Assembly: GCA_963674965.2 (NCBI GenBank)
Contig: CAXXFL010000001.1
Coordinates: 896,001-960,000, forward strand
Direction of reading: 5' to 3'
Length of the DNA: 64,000 nucleotides
Source of the DNA: a bacterium
GTDB lineage: Bacteria > RBG-13-61-14 > DATKZS01
Below, one piece after another: positions 33,419 through 42,850 of this stretch. Every line of letters starts with the position of its first letter. The stretch's first letter is position 1. The notes below the pieces were generated by a model that made no database searches, was not told the origin of the DNA, and saw only the letters and a list, made by a program, of their open reading frames with translations. A program made the position numbers and the translations under genes.

Positions 33419-35188
33419 GTGAACGTAGCCACGATCGATTGGGCGATAATAGCGCTTTATTTCGCGGCGGCCCTGGCCATCGGCCTTTATTTTTCCAGGC
33501 GCGCCGGCAAGAACATCTCCGAGTTCTTCGGCGCCGGGCGAAAACTGCCCTGGTGGCTGGCGGGTACCAGCATGGTGGCCACCACCTTCGCCGCCGACAC
33601 GCCCCTCGCCGTGACCGAGCTGGTTTACAAGCACGGCGTGGCCGGCAACTGGCTGTGGTGGAACTTCGTGGCCTCGGGCGTGCTCACGGTCTTCTTCTAC
33701 GCCCGCCTCTGGAGACGCGTCGGCGTTCTTACCGACGTCGAGTTCGCCGAGATAAGATACGGGGGCAAACCGGCGGCCGTGCTTCGAGGCTTTCGCGCCG
33801 TTTACCTGGGCGTCATCATCAACTCGATCATCATGGGCTGGGTCATATCGGCCATGGGCACCATCGTCGAGGTGTCCCTCGGCGTGGACAGGTGGATCGC
33901 CATCAGCGCCTGCCTCGTCATCACGGCCCTATACGCAGGCATGAGCGGGTTGTGGGGCGTGGTGGTGACCGACTTCTTCCAGTTCGGCATGGCCATGGCC
34001 GGCTCCATACTCCTGGCCGTCTTCAGCCTGGGGGCCGTGGGAGGAGTGGACGGACTCAAAGCGAGACTCATCGAGAAGCTGGGCTCGGGCCAGGAAGCCG
34101 ACGCCTTCCTATCCGTGGTCCCTCCCGTGGGCTCGAGCTGGATGCCGGCCATACTCTTCTTCGGTTACATCGGTGTACAGTGGTGGGCCTCATGGTATCC
34201 GGGCGCCGAGCCCGGCGGCGGAGGCTACGTTGCCCAGCGCATGTTCAGCGCCAAGGATGAAAAGCACTCCCTCCTGGCCACCCTCTGGTTCAACGTGGCC
34301 CACTACGCCGTGCGGCCCTGGCCCTGGGTGCTCACGGCCCTGGTCGCCGTGGTGCTCTTTCCCAACCTGGAAAAGCCCGGGGAAGGTTACGTCAAGATGA
34401 TGATCCAGCATTTGCCGCCGGGCGTGCTCGGCCTTATGCTCGCCGCCATGGCCGCGGCCTTCATGTCCACCATATCCACCCAGATCAACTGGGGAGGCTC
34501 CTATCTGGTTAGCGACTTTTACAAACGATTCCTCGTGCCCGACGCTGATGACTCCCATTACGTTACCGTCTCCAGGGTCGTTACCGTCATCCTCATGGTA
34601 TTGGGAGGCATCGTGGGCTTCGCCATGCAGTCCGTCAGCGGCGGATGGGAATTCCTGCTCACCATCGGGGCGGGGACCGGACTCGTGCTTATCCTCAGAT
34701 GGTTCTGGTGGCGGATTAACGCCTGGTCCGAAATATCGAGCATGATCGCCGCTCTTGCCGTTTCCTCGCTCCTTCTGGCCATGAAAAAACTCGAGATTTT
34801 CGCCTTCCCCGAAAACTCGGCCTTCGCCTTCGAGCTTATGATTACCGTTGCCTTCACCACCGTGGTCTGGGTAGCGGTCACTATTGCCACCGGGCCGGAG
34901 GACGACGAGGTGCTGGACGGTTTCTATCGACGCGCCCGGCCGGCCGGGCCTGGATGGGGACCTTCCCGAGAGCGGCAAAAGGACGTGGCCATTACCGACG
35001 ACCTCCTTTTTTCCTTTTTGGACTGGGTAGCTGGATGCGCGCTGATTTACTCGGTCCTCTTTGGAGCGGGAGAGCTTATCCTCGGCTACTGGATGAAGGG
35101 GGCCATTCTCATGGCCGTCGCGGCCGCTGCCGCCGGCTTCATCTATTGGGACCTCTCAAGAAGGGGATGGGAAAGCGTGGCAAAATAG
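33419..35188 (+). CDS. Sodium:solute symporter (SSS family)
   Basis: FFGAGRKLPWW, SMVATTF, GVVVTDFFQF, VAQRMFSAK and AAFMST; GTG start after AGGAG. Confidence 0.92.
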   Translation: MNVATIDWAIIALYFAAALAIGLYFSRRAGKNISEFFGAGRKLPWWLAGTSMVATTFAADTPLAVTELVYKHGVAGNWLWWNFVASGVLTVFFYARLWRRVGVLTDVEFAEIRYGGKPAAVLRGFRAVYLGVIINSIIMGWVISAMGTIVEVSLGVDRWIAISACLVITALYAGMSGLWGVVVTDFFQFGMAMAGSILLAVFSLGAVGGVDGLKARLIEKLGSGQEADAFLSVVPPVGSSWMPAILFFGYIGVQWWASWYPGAEPGGGGYVAQRMFSAKDEKHSLLATLWFNVAHYAVRPWPWVLTALVAVVLFPNLEKPGEGYVKMMIQHLPPGVLGLMLAAMAAAFMSTISTQINWGGSYLVSDFYKRFLVPDADDSHYVTVSRVVTVILMVLGGIVGFAMQSVSGGWEFLLTIGAGTGLVLILRWFWWRINAWSEISSMIAALAVSSLLLAMKKLEIFAFPENSAFAFELMITVAFTTVVWVAVTIATGPEDDEVLDGFYRRARPAGPGWGPSRERQKDVAITDDLLFSFLDWVAGCALIYSVLFGAGELILGYWMKGAILMAVAAAAAGFIYWDLSRRGWESVAK

Positions 35189-35405
35189 CGATCGAGAAAA
35201 AAGGAAACCTTTCCCGTTCGCGTGTATATTTAATAACTGTATATGGGGTATCCCACGTAGCTCAGCTATGTGGGCGGCGCCGGCCGCGGGTTTAGAATGG
35301 AATAAGTCATAAGAACTCCATCCCGCGCCTCACGTCGCTTTGATGGCAAGCCGTCCGGGTTACCCCGCGTAATATACTCAATTTAAAAAATTCCGGAGGT
35401 AATCC

Positions 35406-36740
35406 ATGTCCTTTAAAAAGCGCCTGACATTTTTTATCGCGTTCCTTACCCTCGTCATATCTCCTTGTATCGCCTCCGCGGGAAGCTTCACGGCCGGCGC
35501 CGCCTCGGTGGATATCACGCCGGACCTGACGAGGATGAAGGTCCCCTCCTCGGGCTACGGGGACCGGGGCAAGGCCCCCATGGAGGGCGTTCACGACCCG
35601 GTCCACTGCAAGGCCCTGGTGGTAAGCGACGGCCAGGGCTCGGCCGCCATCGTGACCTGCGACCTCATCGGCGTCTCGCCCGACCTGAGAAGGAAGGTGG
35701 TGGACAAGCTGTCCGGCTCGATCGTCGGAGCCGAGAACCTGATGATGACCGCCAGCCACACCCATTCCGGCCCCGGGGCCATGCAGGACAACGTTATCGC
35801 CAACCTGGTCTTCGGAAAATACAACGAGGCGCTGACGGACAAGACCGCCGAGCTTATCGCGGGGGCCATCAGGAAGGCCGAGAGCGAGATGGTACCGGCG
35901 GCGGTCAAGGCGGGAACGGCCGACGTCCTGGACGTGACCAGGAACCGGCGCGATCCGGCCATGTCCTATAATTATCTTACGAGAAGGTTCAATGACTCCT
36001 ATGACTCGAAAAACCCGGAGAACCTGGTCGATCCTCAGGTTACGGTCCTGCTCGTCGAGAGCGAGGACGGGCGTCCCATCGCGGTGCTTTTCAACTTCGC
36101 CACTCACGGCACCGTGCTCGGGTCGAGCAACATGCTCATCTCCGCCGACTGGCCGGGGGTGACGCAAAGGACGATCGAGGCAACATATCCCGGCGCGGTG
36201 GCCTTGTTCGTTAACGGCGCCATCGGCGACCAGGCCCCCGCCATGATAAAAGGTGACGATATCGACGACTTCGAGTACCTCGAGGTCATTGGGAACAAGG
36301 TGGCTAAAGGAGTGGCCCGGGCGATCGATAACGCCGCGCCGATCGAGGCCACGCCCGTCTCGAGCGTCTTCTGGAAGCGGGCCGTGCCTCCGGGCAAGAA
36401 CGCCTCGGTCGAGGGCATCATGGTCCCGAGCTGGTTCGTCAAGGCCAACTTCCCGAGCGTGCCTCTCCAGACGATCAGGATGGGCGACGCGGCCCTGATG
36501 GGGGTCCCCGTCGAGATGGTGTCCGAGATCGGACTGGCCATGAAGAGCGGGGCCAAAGGACACGGAGTCAAATACCCGATCGTGGCGGGTCTCGCCAACG
36601 ATATCTTTTTTTATTGCGCCACCGCCGAGGATTTTTCCCAGGGCGGCTACGAGGTGGGACTGACCATTTACGGCGAGATCGAGGCGGGCATGCTCATCGG
36701 AGAGCAGATGCTCATGGTGGGGAAACTCATGCGGGATTGA
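35406..36740 (+). CDS. Neutral/alkaline ceramidase-like secreted amidohydrolase
   Basis: Signal peptide; GAASVDITP, GVHDP, ASHTHSGP, NRR, NFATHGT, SADWPG and GGYE. Confidence 0.85.
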   Translation: MSFKKRLTFFIAFLTLVISPCIASAGSFTAGAASVDITPDLTRMKVPSSGYGDRGKAPMEGVHDPVHCKALVVSDGQGSAAIVTCDLIGVSPDLRRKVVDKLSGSIVGAENLMMTASHTHSGPGAMQDNVIANLVFGKYNEALTDKTAELIAGAIRKAESEMVPAAVKAGTADVLDVTRNRRDPAMSYNYLTRRFNDSYDSKNPENLVDPQVTVLLVESEDGRPIAVLFNFATHGTVLGSSNMLISADWPGVTQRTIEATYPGAVALFVNGAIGDQAPAMIKGDDIDDFEYLEVIGNKVAKGVARAIDNAAPIEATPVSSVFWKRAVPPGKNASVEGIMVPSWFVKANFPSVPLQTIRMGDAALMGVPVEMVSEIGLAMKSGAKGHGVKYPIVAGLANDIFFYCATAEDFSQGGYEVGLTIYGEIEAGMLIGEQMLMVGKLMRD

Positions 36741-36782
36741 GCGACCTTATTCGCGTTTTAACTTTCTTAGAGAGGACCGGAC

Positions 36783-38357
36783 ATGAAAAAAATCAGGCCG
36801 CTTGGCGTTATTGTTTTGTTAATGGCTACCCTTATGGCCCTGGGCTGCGAGACGAAAGAGGAAAAATACGAGACCATGCACGCCCGGACCCTGCGGCTTA
36901 TCGAGAGCCGGGACATGGACAAGGCCCTCGAGTCCGCCCGGGCCGAGCTCGAGTTCGCCAAGACCGAGTTCGGAGAGGAGCACGAGAATTTTCTTAGGTC
37001 ACTCATGACCATGGGCGACGCCCACCGGTTGAGCGGGAGCGTGACTCTGGCCGAGTCCGCCTACAAGAGCGTTATCCTGGCCCGGGAGAAGGCGGGCGAG
37101 TCCGGCAGGAACGGTCTTATCGAGGTCCTCGACGCCCTGGGCCGCATGTATTATTCGCGCTCGAGGTTCGCCGAGGCGGCCCCCTTATTCAAGCGCTCCC
37201 TGGCCCTCAAGGAGGCCGCCTACGGGAAGAACGATCCACGCGTGACCGACTCGATAAACGATCTGGCCGCGCTTTATCGGCTCATCGGAAAGAAAGCCGA
37301 GGCCAACGCCCTTTTAAACCGCGCGCTCGAGATACGGACGGCCAAGCTCGGTGAGAACGACCCCGAGGTGGCCGAGACGCTCAACAACATGGCCGTTCTC
37401 TACTATGAAGGCGGTGATTATAAAAAGGCCGAGGAGCTGCTCACCCGCTCGATCGCCATAAAGGAGAAGGCGCTGGGCGAAAACGATCCCGAGCTGGTCC
37501 CCATGCTCAGGAACCTTGCCCGGATCAATTTGGGTCTGGGCAGGCCCGAGGAGGCCGAGGCCTTTGGACAGAGGATGCTCGAGATACAGGCAAGCGCCTT
37601 TGGAGCCAAGTCTCCCGAGACGGCCATGGCCATGGCCGACCTGGGCACCATTTTTTTCGCGGAGAAAAAAATCGACAAGGCCGAGACCTATTTTATAAAC
37701 GGGATGCGCATGTTCGAGGAGACGGGAAACAGGGAAACGCCTGACATGGCCGCGACCCTGAATAACCTTGCCCTGTTGAATAAGACGAAGGGAGATCTGG
37801 ACAGGGCCATCGAGTTTTATACCGCCGCCACGCTTATCATGCAAAAGACCATGAGCGCCGACAGCCTCGAGCTGGCCCACGCCGTGAACAACCTGGCCGA
37901 GGCGCACATGGCCAAGGGAGAGATGGACAAGGCGGAGGAATACTTTCGCCAGGCCCTGGCCATCAAGGAAAAGGGAGCGGGACCACGCCACTTCGAGACG
38001 GCCCTTACCATGAGCAAGCTCGCCTCGGTCCTGGCCAAAAAGGGAGAACGCGAGGAGGCGAGAAAATACCTCGAGAAGGCCCGGGAAATAATGGCCGCCT
38101 CGGTGGGGCCCGATCACGTCTACTCGGCCCAGATTCTCAACAACCTTGGCCACCTGGCCAATGACGAGAAGGATTACAAGAAAGCGGAGGAACTCTACCA
38201 AAAGGCGCTGGATATAATAATCAAGTCCGGCTCCGAAAAGGACCAGCGCGCCCTGGACGTCATGCGCAACCTGCGCATGCTTTACGTCGAGTCGGGTGAC
38301 GATAAAAAGGCCGACGAGATGAAGGCGCGCATGGAGTCCGCCGCCGCCGGCGGCTGA
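36783..38357 (+). CDS. TPR lipoprotein with kinesin-light-chain-type 42-aa repeats
   Basis: Lipobox ALGC; repeated LNNLA.LY...AL.I.EK.LG..HP units. Confidence 0.88.
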   Translation: MKKIRPLGVIVLLMATLMALGCETKEEKYETMHARTLRLIESRDMDKALESARAELEFAKTEFGEEHENFLRSLMTMGDAHRLSGSVTLAESAYKSVILAREKAGESGRNGLIEVLDALGRMYYSRSRFAEAAPLFKRSLALKEAAYGKNDPRVTDSINDLAALYRLIGKKAEANALLNRALEIRTAKLGENDPEVAETLNNMAVLYYEGGDYKKAEELLTRSIAIKEKALGENDPELVPMLRNLARINLGLGRPEEAEAFGQRMLEIQASAFGAKSPETAMAMADLGTIFFAEKKIDKAETYFINGMRMFEETGNRETPDMAATLNNLALLNKTKGDLDRAIEFYTAATLIMQKTMSADSLELAHAVNNLAEAHMAKGEMDKAEEYFRQALAIKEKGAGPRHFETALTMSKLASVLAKKGEREEARKYLEKAREIMAASVGPDHVYSAQILNNLGHLANDEKDYKKAEELYQKALDIIIKSGSEKDQRALDVMRNLRMLYVESGDDKKADEMKARMESAAAGG

Positions 38358-38481
38358 CCCCGTCTTCTACCTGAGGTTCAGCCCCGAGCTCATCCGTTTG
38401 AATCGATGTATCGAGTTATATCATAACTCCCGGCCCGTCATGGACATAATCCCGATGATGATGTAAAAAAATAATACCGTC

Positions 38482-39123
38482 ATGAAGATCAAACGTCACG
38501 TGGTCGGACTTTTACAGACCAACTGTTACGTCGTATGGGACGAGCTTTCGGGCGAGGCCATGGTGGTCGACCCGGGCGGCGACTCGGCGAAAATCCTGGC
38601 AACCGTACGGGAGAAGCGGCTCGCTCTTAGAAGGATCATGCTCACTCACGGGCACCGGGACCACACGGGCGCCGCGTCGGCGGTCAGACGGAAGACGGGC
38701 GCGGCCATCTATCGTCATCCGGGCGACCTGGGCGGCGGTTTTCTGCATAAAGTCCCCAAGGCCGACGATGAGACGGTGTTCGATCTTGAGGACGGCGACG
38801 AGTTCAAGGTGGGCAAGATCCGGTTCGAGGTCATCCATACTCCCGGCCACTCGAGGGGCAGCGTGAGTTTTTATACCCCCGGCGCCCTATTCGGCGGGGA
38901 CCTTTTATTCCAGGGGTCGGCGGGCCGTTTCGGCCTGAAGGGCGGGAGCTTTCGCGAACTGGTAAAGTCGCTGGAGGAGCGCATAGCTCGAGTTCCCGAC
39001 GAGACGGTGGTGTATCCGGGCCACGGTCCCGCGACGACATTATACGAGGAAAGGCGGACGAACCCTTTTTTCAAGGACGCCAGGGAATTGAAAAAGCAAT
39101 ACTTAGAGGGAAGGCTGAAATAG
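38482..39123 (+). CDS. MBL-fold metallo-hydrolase (glyoxalase II-like)
   Basis: TNCY, DPG, THGHRDH, TPGHSRG, GDLLF and PGHG. Confidence 0.9.
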   Translation: MKIKRHVVGLLQTNCYVVWDELSGEAMVVDPGGDSAKILATVREKRLALRRIMLTHGHRDHTGAASAVRRKTGAAIYRHPGDLGGGFLHKVPKADDETVFDLEDGDEFKVGKIRFEVIHTPGHSRGSVSFYTPGALFGGDLLFQGSAGRFGLKGGSFRELVKSLEERIARVPDETVVYPGHGPATTLYEERRTNPFFKDARELKKQYLEGRLK

Positions 39124-39125
39124 TC

Positions 39126-41156
39126 ATGGCGAAGAAGTCCAGGAAAAAGGCGGCGGCCAGGGAGGCGGAAAACAAGATCGAGCGCTCTCCCGTCCAGTCC
39201 GCGCCCGCGGCGGCGCCCGAGCCTTTCGCCTGGGAGCGGCGCCACACGGTCATATCTTTGTCCTTCATCCTTACTGCAAGCCTGGTAGTCGGGATTATCG
39301 CGGTCATTCAGTTCATGCAAAGCCCCTTTTTCAACCTGCCCATCATCGACGAGGAAAGCTACGTGACCTGGGGCAAGGAAATCGCGGGCGGGAACATATG
39401 GGGCGATAAAATTTTCTACCAGGACCCACTCTACCCATACTTCATCGGGCTTGTCTTTTCCATCTTCGGCGAGAGCCACGCGGCGCTCCGGCTGGCGCAG
39501 GTTTTGATGGGTACCGCCGCCGTGGCCGTTACTTACTGGGCGGCCATGAAGCTGATGGGGGAGAGGCGGGCCCTCTTGGCGGCTTGCGTTATGGCGTCCT
39601 ATCGCGGGCTTTATTTTTTTGAGATACTCCTCCTCAAGGCCACCATGGTCATCCTCTTCTCCGCCCTTTGCGTTGCCCTGGGAGTGGCCGCCGCCGACCG
39701 CCCGGAGAGGAAGAAAAGATGGCTCGCCCTTGGGTTGTGTCTTGGCCTGTTGACCCTTTTGCGCGGGAACTTTCAGGCCCTAATCCCCTTCGTCATCGCC
39801 TGGTCCTTTTTCTTCAGGTGGAAGGACGCGGCCAAGGTCAGGCTGACAAGGGCGGCATTGGTGACGGCCGGTCTCTTCCTGATCTTCGTTCCCGTGACCC
39901 TTCGCAACTACGCGGTGGGCGGAGAGTTCGTGCTGACCACCAGCCAGGGGGGGGCCAACTTTTTCATCGGCAACAATGAAAGGGCCAACGGCCGGTACGC
40001 TACCCTTCCCTTCGTCCGGGCCAACCCGAAGTGGGAATCTATGGACTTCGAGGCCGAGGCCAAGAAGCGCTCGGGCGTCAAGGAAATGTCCCCTTCCCAG
40101 GTCAGCGGCTTCTGGTTCAAGGAAAGTTTTGACTGGATCGCAAAAAACCCGGGCAAGGCCCTGAAGCTTACGCTTTTCAAGGCCCGGCTGATGATCCATC
40201 AGCACGAGATACCCGACAACCACAGCTTTTATTTGACGAGGGACCTTTTCGTTCCGGCCTTCTGGCTTCCCGTTCTGGGCTTCGGGCTTTTGTGGGGACC
40301 CGCCCTGATAGGCGTCGTGGCGGCGGCGAAGAAGGACGACAAGTATTGGTTTCCCGCGCTGTTCGCGGTCCTTTACGCGGGATCGATCATACCTTTTTTC
40401 ATCGTCAGCCGTTACCGTTTGGCGGTGGTTCCCTCCCTGGCCATCTTCTCCGCTTACTTTGTGTTCTGGGTCAGGGAGAAGATCAAGTCCCGCGAATACA
40501 AGTGGCCGGCCGCGGCCGTTCCCTTCCTGGCGCTCTCGCTCTGGCTCGGGTTTGGGCCCACCTCGGTCAGCACCGCGCCCATGGGCATGGAGTATTACCT
40601 GCTCGGCAACGGCTACCTGAAGACGGACCATCCAGCCGAGGCCATCCCCTGGTACGACAAGGCCCACGCCGCCTTGCCCAATAACGCGGACATAATGCGC
40701 AACCGGTCCGAGGCCATGCTCCGCGTGAACTCGACCGACCTTCGGGGCATCGTTGACGAGCTTAACTCTGGCCCCAAAACGGCGGAGGACCTTCTCGATC
40801 TGGCCCGGCGGACCGAGCAGGCCGGTCAGACGAGAATGGCGATCAAGATTTACGAGCTGGCCCTTAGTAAGGACCCCAAAATGTTCTCGCCCCACGCCCG
40901 GCTGGGTTATCTTTACACCACGGCCGTCGAGGCGAGAGACCTGGATAAAGCCGTCAAACATATGAAGGCGGCCCTCGAGTTGAGGCCCGACGACCTGGAC
41001 ACCATGAACGCCATGGGCAACGTGCTTTTGACCGTGGGCGACACGGTCCAGGCCAAGGAATATTATCAAAGGATACTGGCCATCAATCCGAATTATGAGG
41101 CGGCCAGGAAGAACATCTCCGTCATCGAGGCCGGCTCGAGCGGCGGCGATGAATAA
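39126..41156 (+). CDS. ArnT/PMT-like GT-C glycosyltransferase with C-terminal TPRs
   Basis: IDEESY, YQDPLYPYF, RNY...GGANFFIGNN and RYRL; multiple TM helices; TPRs. Confidence 0.82.
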   Translation: MAKKSRKKAAAREAENKIERSPVQSAPAAAPEPFAWERRHTVISLSFILTASLVVGIIAVIQFMQSPFFNLPIIDEESYVTWGKEIAGGNIWGDKIFYQDPLYPYFIGLVFSIFGESHAALRLAQVLMGTAAVAVTYWAAMKLMGERRALLAACVMASYRGLYFFEILLLKATMVILFSALCVALGVAAADRPERKKRWLALGLCLGLLTLLRGNFQALIPFVIAWSFFFRWKDAAKVRLTRAALVTAGLFLIFVPVTLRNYAVGGEFVLTTSQGGANFFIGNNERANGRYATLPFVRANPKWESMDFEAEAKKRSGVKEMSPSQVSGFWFKESFDWIAKNPGKALKLTLFKARLMIHQHEIPDNHSFYLTRDLFVPAFWLPVLGFGLLWGPALIGVVAAAKKDDKYWFPALFAVLYAGSIIPFFIVSRYRLAVVPSLAIFSAYFVFWVREKIKSREYKWPAAAVPFLALSLWLGFGPTSVSTAPMGMEYYLLGNGYLKTDHPAEAIPWYDKAHAALPNNADIMRNRSEAMLRVNSTDLRGIVDELNSGPKTAEDLLDLARRTEQAGQTRMAIKIYELALSKDPKMFSPHARLGYLYTTAVEARDLDKAVKHMKAALELRPDDLDTMNAMGNVLLTVGDTVQAKEYYQRILAINPNYEAARKNISVIEAGSSGGDE

Positions 41157-41172
41157 AGAAAGGGAGGGCGAG

Positions 41173-41649
41173 ATGAACAAGGACGAGGCCATGAAAGTGC
41201 TGGGCCAGGCGGTGTACGGCTGTTATTTGCTCGGGGTCTCCGCCGGCGGGAAAAACAACGGCATGCCCCTTTCCCTCTTCATGCAGGTGGGGTTCGACCC
41301 GCCCATGGTCGCCTGCGGCGTCTCGCCTAAGCGACGCACTCACGGCATGGTCAAGGAGGCGGGCAAGTTCTCGGTGATCTTTCTTCGGAGCGACCAGGCC
41401 GAGTTGGTAACGAGGTTCAAGCTGAAAGGCGACGACCCCGGCCAAAAGTTCGAGGGACTGGATTGGAAGCCGGGCGAGAACGGCGCGCCGCTTTTGGACG
41501 ACTGCCTGGGCTTCATCGAGTGCGACCTGGCCATGGAACTCGAGCCGGGCGACCATGCCCTTTTCGTGGGGACCGTCACCAGGGCAACGATAGTCAAGGC
41601 GGGAGAGCTACTTACCATCCAGCATTTGAACAAGCACTACGCCGGCTGA
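41173..41649 (+). CDS. Flavin reductase-like FMN-binding protein
   Basis: QVGFDPPMV, KFEG, GAPLL, ECDL and GDHALFVG; GGAGG SD. Confidence 0.9.
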   Translation: MNKDEAMKVLGQAVYGCYLLGVSAGGKNNGMPLSLFMQVGFDPPMVACGVSPKRRTHGMVKEAGKFSVIFLRSDQAELVTRFKLKGDDPGQKFEGLDWKPGENGAPLLDDCLGFIECDLAMELEPGDHALFVGTVTRATIVKAGELLTIQHLNKHYAG

Positions 41650-41655
41650 GCCGGT

Positions 41656-42813
41656 TCAAGAGGCCGGGCCTTTATAAAGGCCCTTCTTCACTCCCTCGGT
41701 TGGTTTAAAGATTTCCTTATTAAACCTTCGAGCCAGGTTCTCGAGCCTGGCGGCCAGGTCCTCGGGCCTCATGCCCCTCGCCAGAGCCATCGGTCCCATG
41801 AGCGCGCCCGTGCCGTTTACCAGCACCTTGTCCACGTCCTCGATGGAACAGACGCCTTCACCGACTATTTTCGTCGCCTCGTTCACCTGGACCGCGATAA
41901 GGTCCATGGGATCGACCTTGCTCGTGGCGCGATCGAGGCGAATGGCGGGCCGGCCGGCCGACCAGTCGAATATTCCCCGCCCGGTCTTCTTGCCCAACTC
42001 TCCCTTTTCGTACTTGCTCGTCAGGACCTTGCCCGGCGCGAAATCGGGATGCACGGCCTGGGCGAAGTATCTCGAGGCGTTGTAATTCACGTCCAGGCCC
42101 GTGTAGTCCATGGTCTCGTACGGTCCCATGGGCATGCCGATCTTGCGCAGGGCCGCGTCCACCTCCTCCGGCTCGATCTCGCCCGAGTCGAGGATGGCCG
42201 ATAAAAGGACCACGCTGGGGGCCTGCACCCGGTTGGCGATGAAACCGGGCACGTCCTTTTCCACGCGGACGGGGACCTTGCCCGTCTTCTCGCAATAGGC
42301 CACGCCGGCCGCCATGGTTTCCTCCGCCGTGTCCGCTCCCTTTATGACCTCGACCGCCTTCATGAGTACCGCCGGATTGAAGTAATGGACGCCGAGGAAG
42401 CGAGTTGGCCTCGAGGTTGCCCGGCCCAACTCGGTCACGCTCATGGTCGAGGTGTTGGTGGCCAGGAGGCAATGAGGTCGGACAATTTTATCGACCTGGG
42501 CGAAGATTTTTTTCTTCAGGTCCATGACCTCGGGGGCCGCCTCGATGACGAGGTCCGCCTTCTCGACGGTCCTGGCCAGGTCGTCGGAAAAGGCCAAAAG
42601 GCCGTCCTTGACGCGACCGGGCAGGTCCGCCGGGACCCTATTCTTCGCGGCCAGCTTCTCGAGGCTGTCCTGGATTCTTTTCGCCCCTTGGCCGACTATC
42701 TCCGCGCTCACGTCGTACATGAAGGTCTTGAACCCGGCGATAAGCGCGACCTCGGCTATCCCGTGTCCCATGTCTCCCGCGCCGAGCACGGCTACGGTCT
42801 TTATTTCATCCAT
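41656..42813 (-). CDS. 3-hydroxyacyl-CoA dehydrogenase with a second C-terminal dimerisation domain
   Basis: GAGDMGHGIA, IEAAPE, TNTST, HYFNP, PGFIANR, PMGPYE and GKKTGRG; second VNEA...DVD...MGP unit. Confidence 0.9.
   Translation of the reverse strand: MDEIKTVAVLGAGDMGHGIAEVALIAGFKTFMYDVSAEIVGQGAKRIQDSLEKLAAKNRVPADLPGRVKDGLLAFSDDLARTVEKADLVIEAAPEVMDLKKKIFAQVDKIVRPHCLLATNTSTMSVTELGRATSRPTRFLGVHYFNPAVLMKAVEVIKGADTAEETMAAGVAYCEKTGKVPVRVEKDVPGFIANRVQAPSVVLLSAILDSGEIEPEEVDAALRKIGMPMGPYETMDYTGLDVNYNASRYFAQAVHPDFAPGKVLTSKYEKGELGKKTGRGIFDWSAGRPAIRLDRATSKVDPMDLIAVQVNEATKIVGEGVCSIEDVDKVLVNGTGALMGPMALARGMRPEDLAARLENLARRFNKEIFKPTEGVKKGLYKGPAS
41666..41683. terminator. Perfect 18-bp palindrome at a convergent gene junction, possible terminator
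   Basis: GGGCCTTTATAAAGGCCC, followed by TTCTT on the plus strand. Confidence 0.4.
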
Positions 42814-42850
42814 ATTATTGTCCGCCTTTGGCCTACGGTTGAATTAAACC

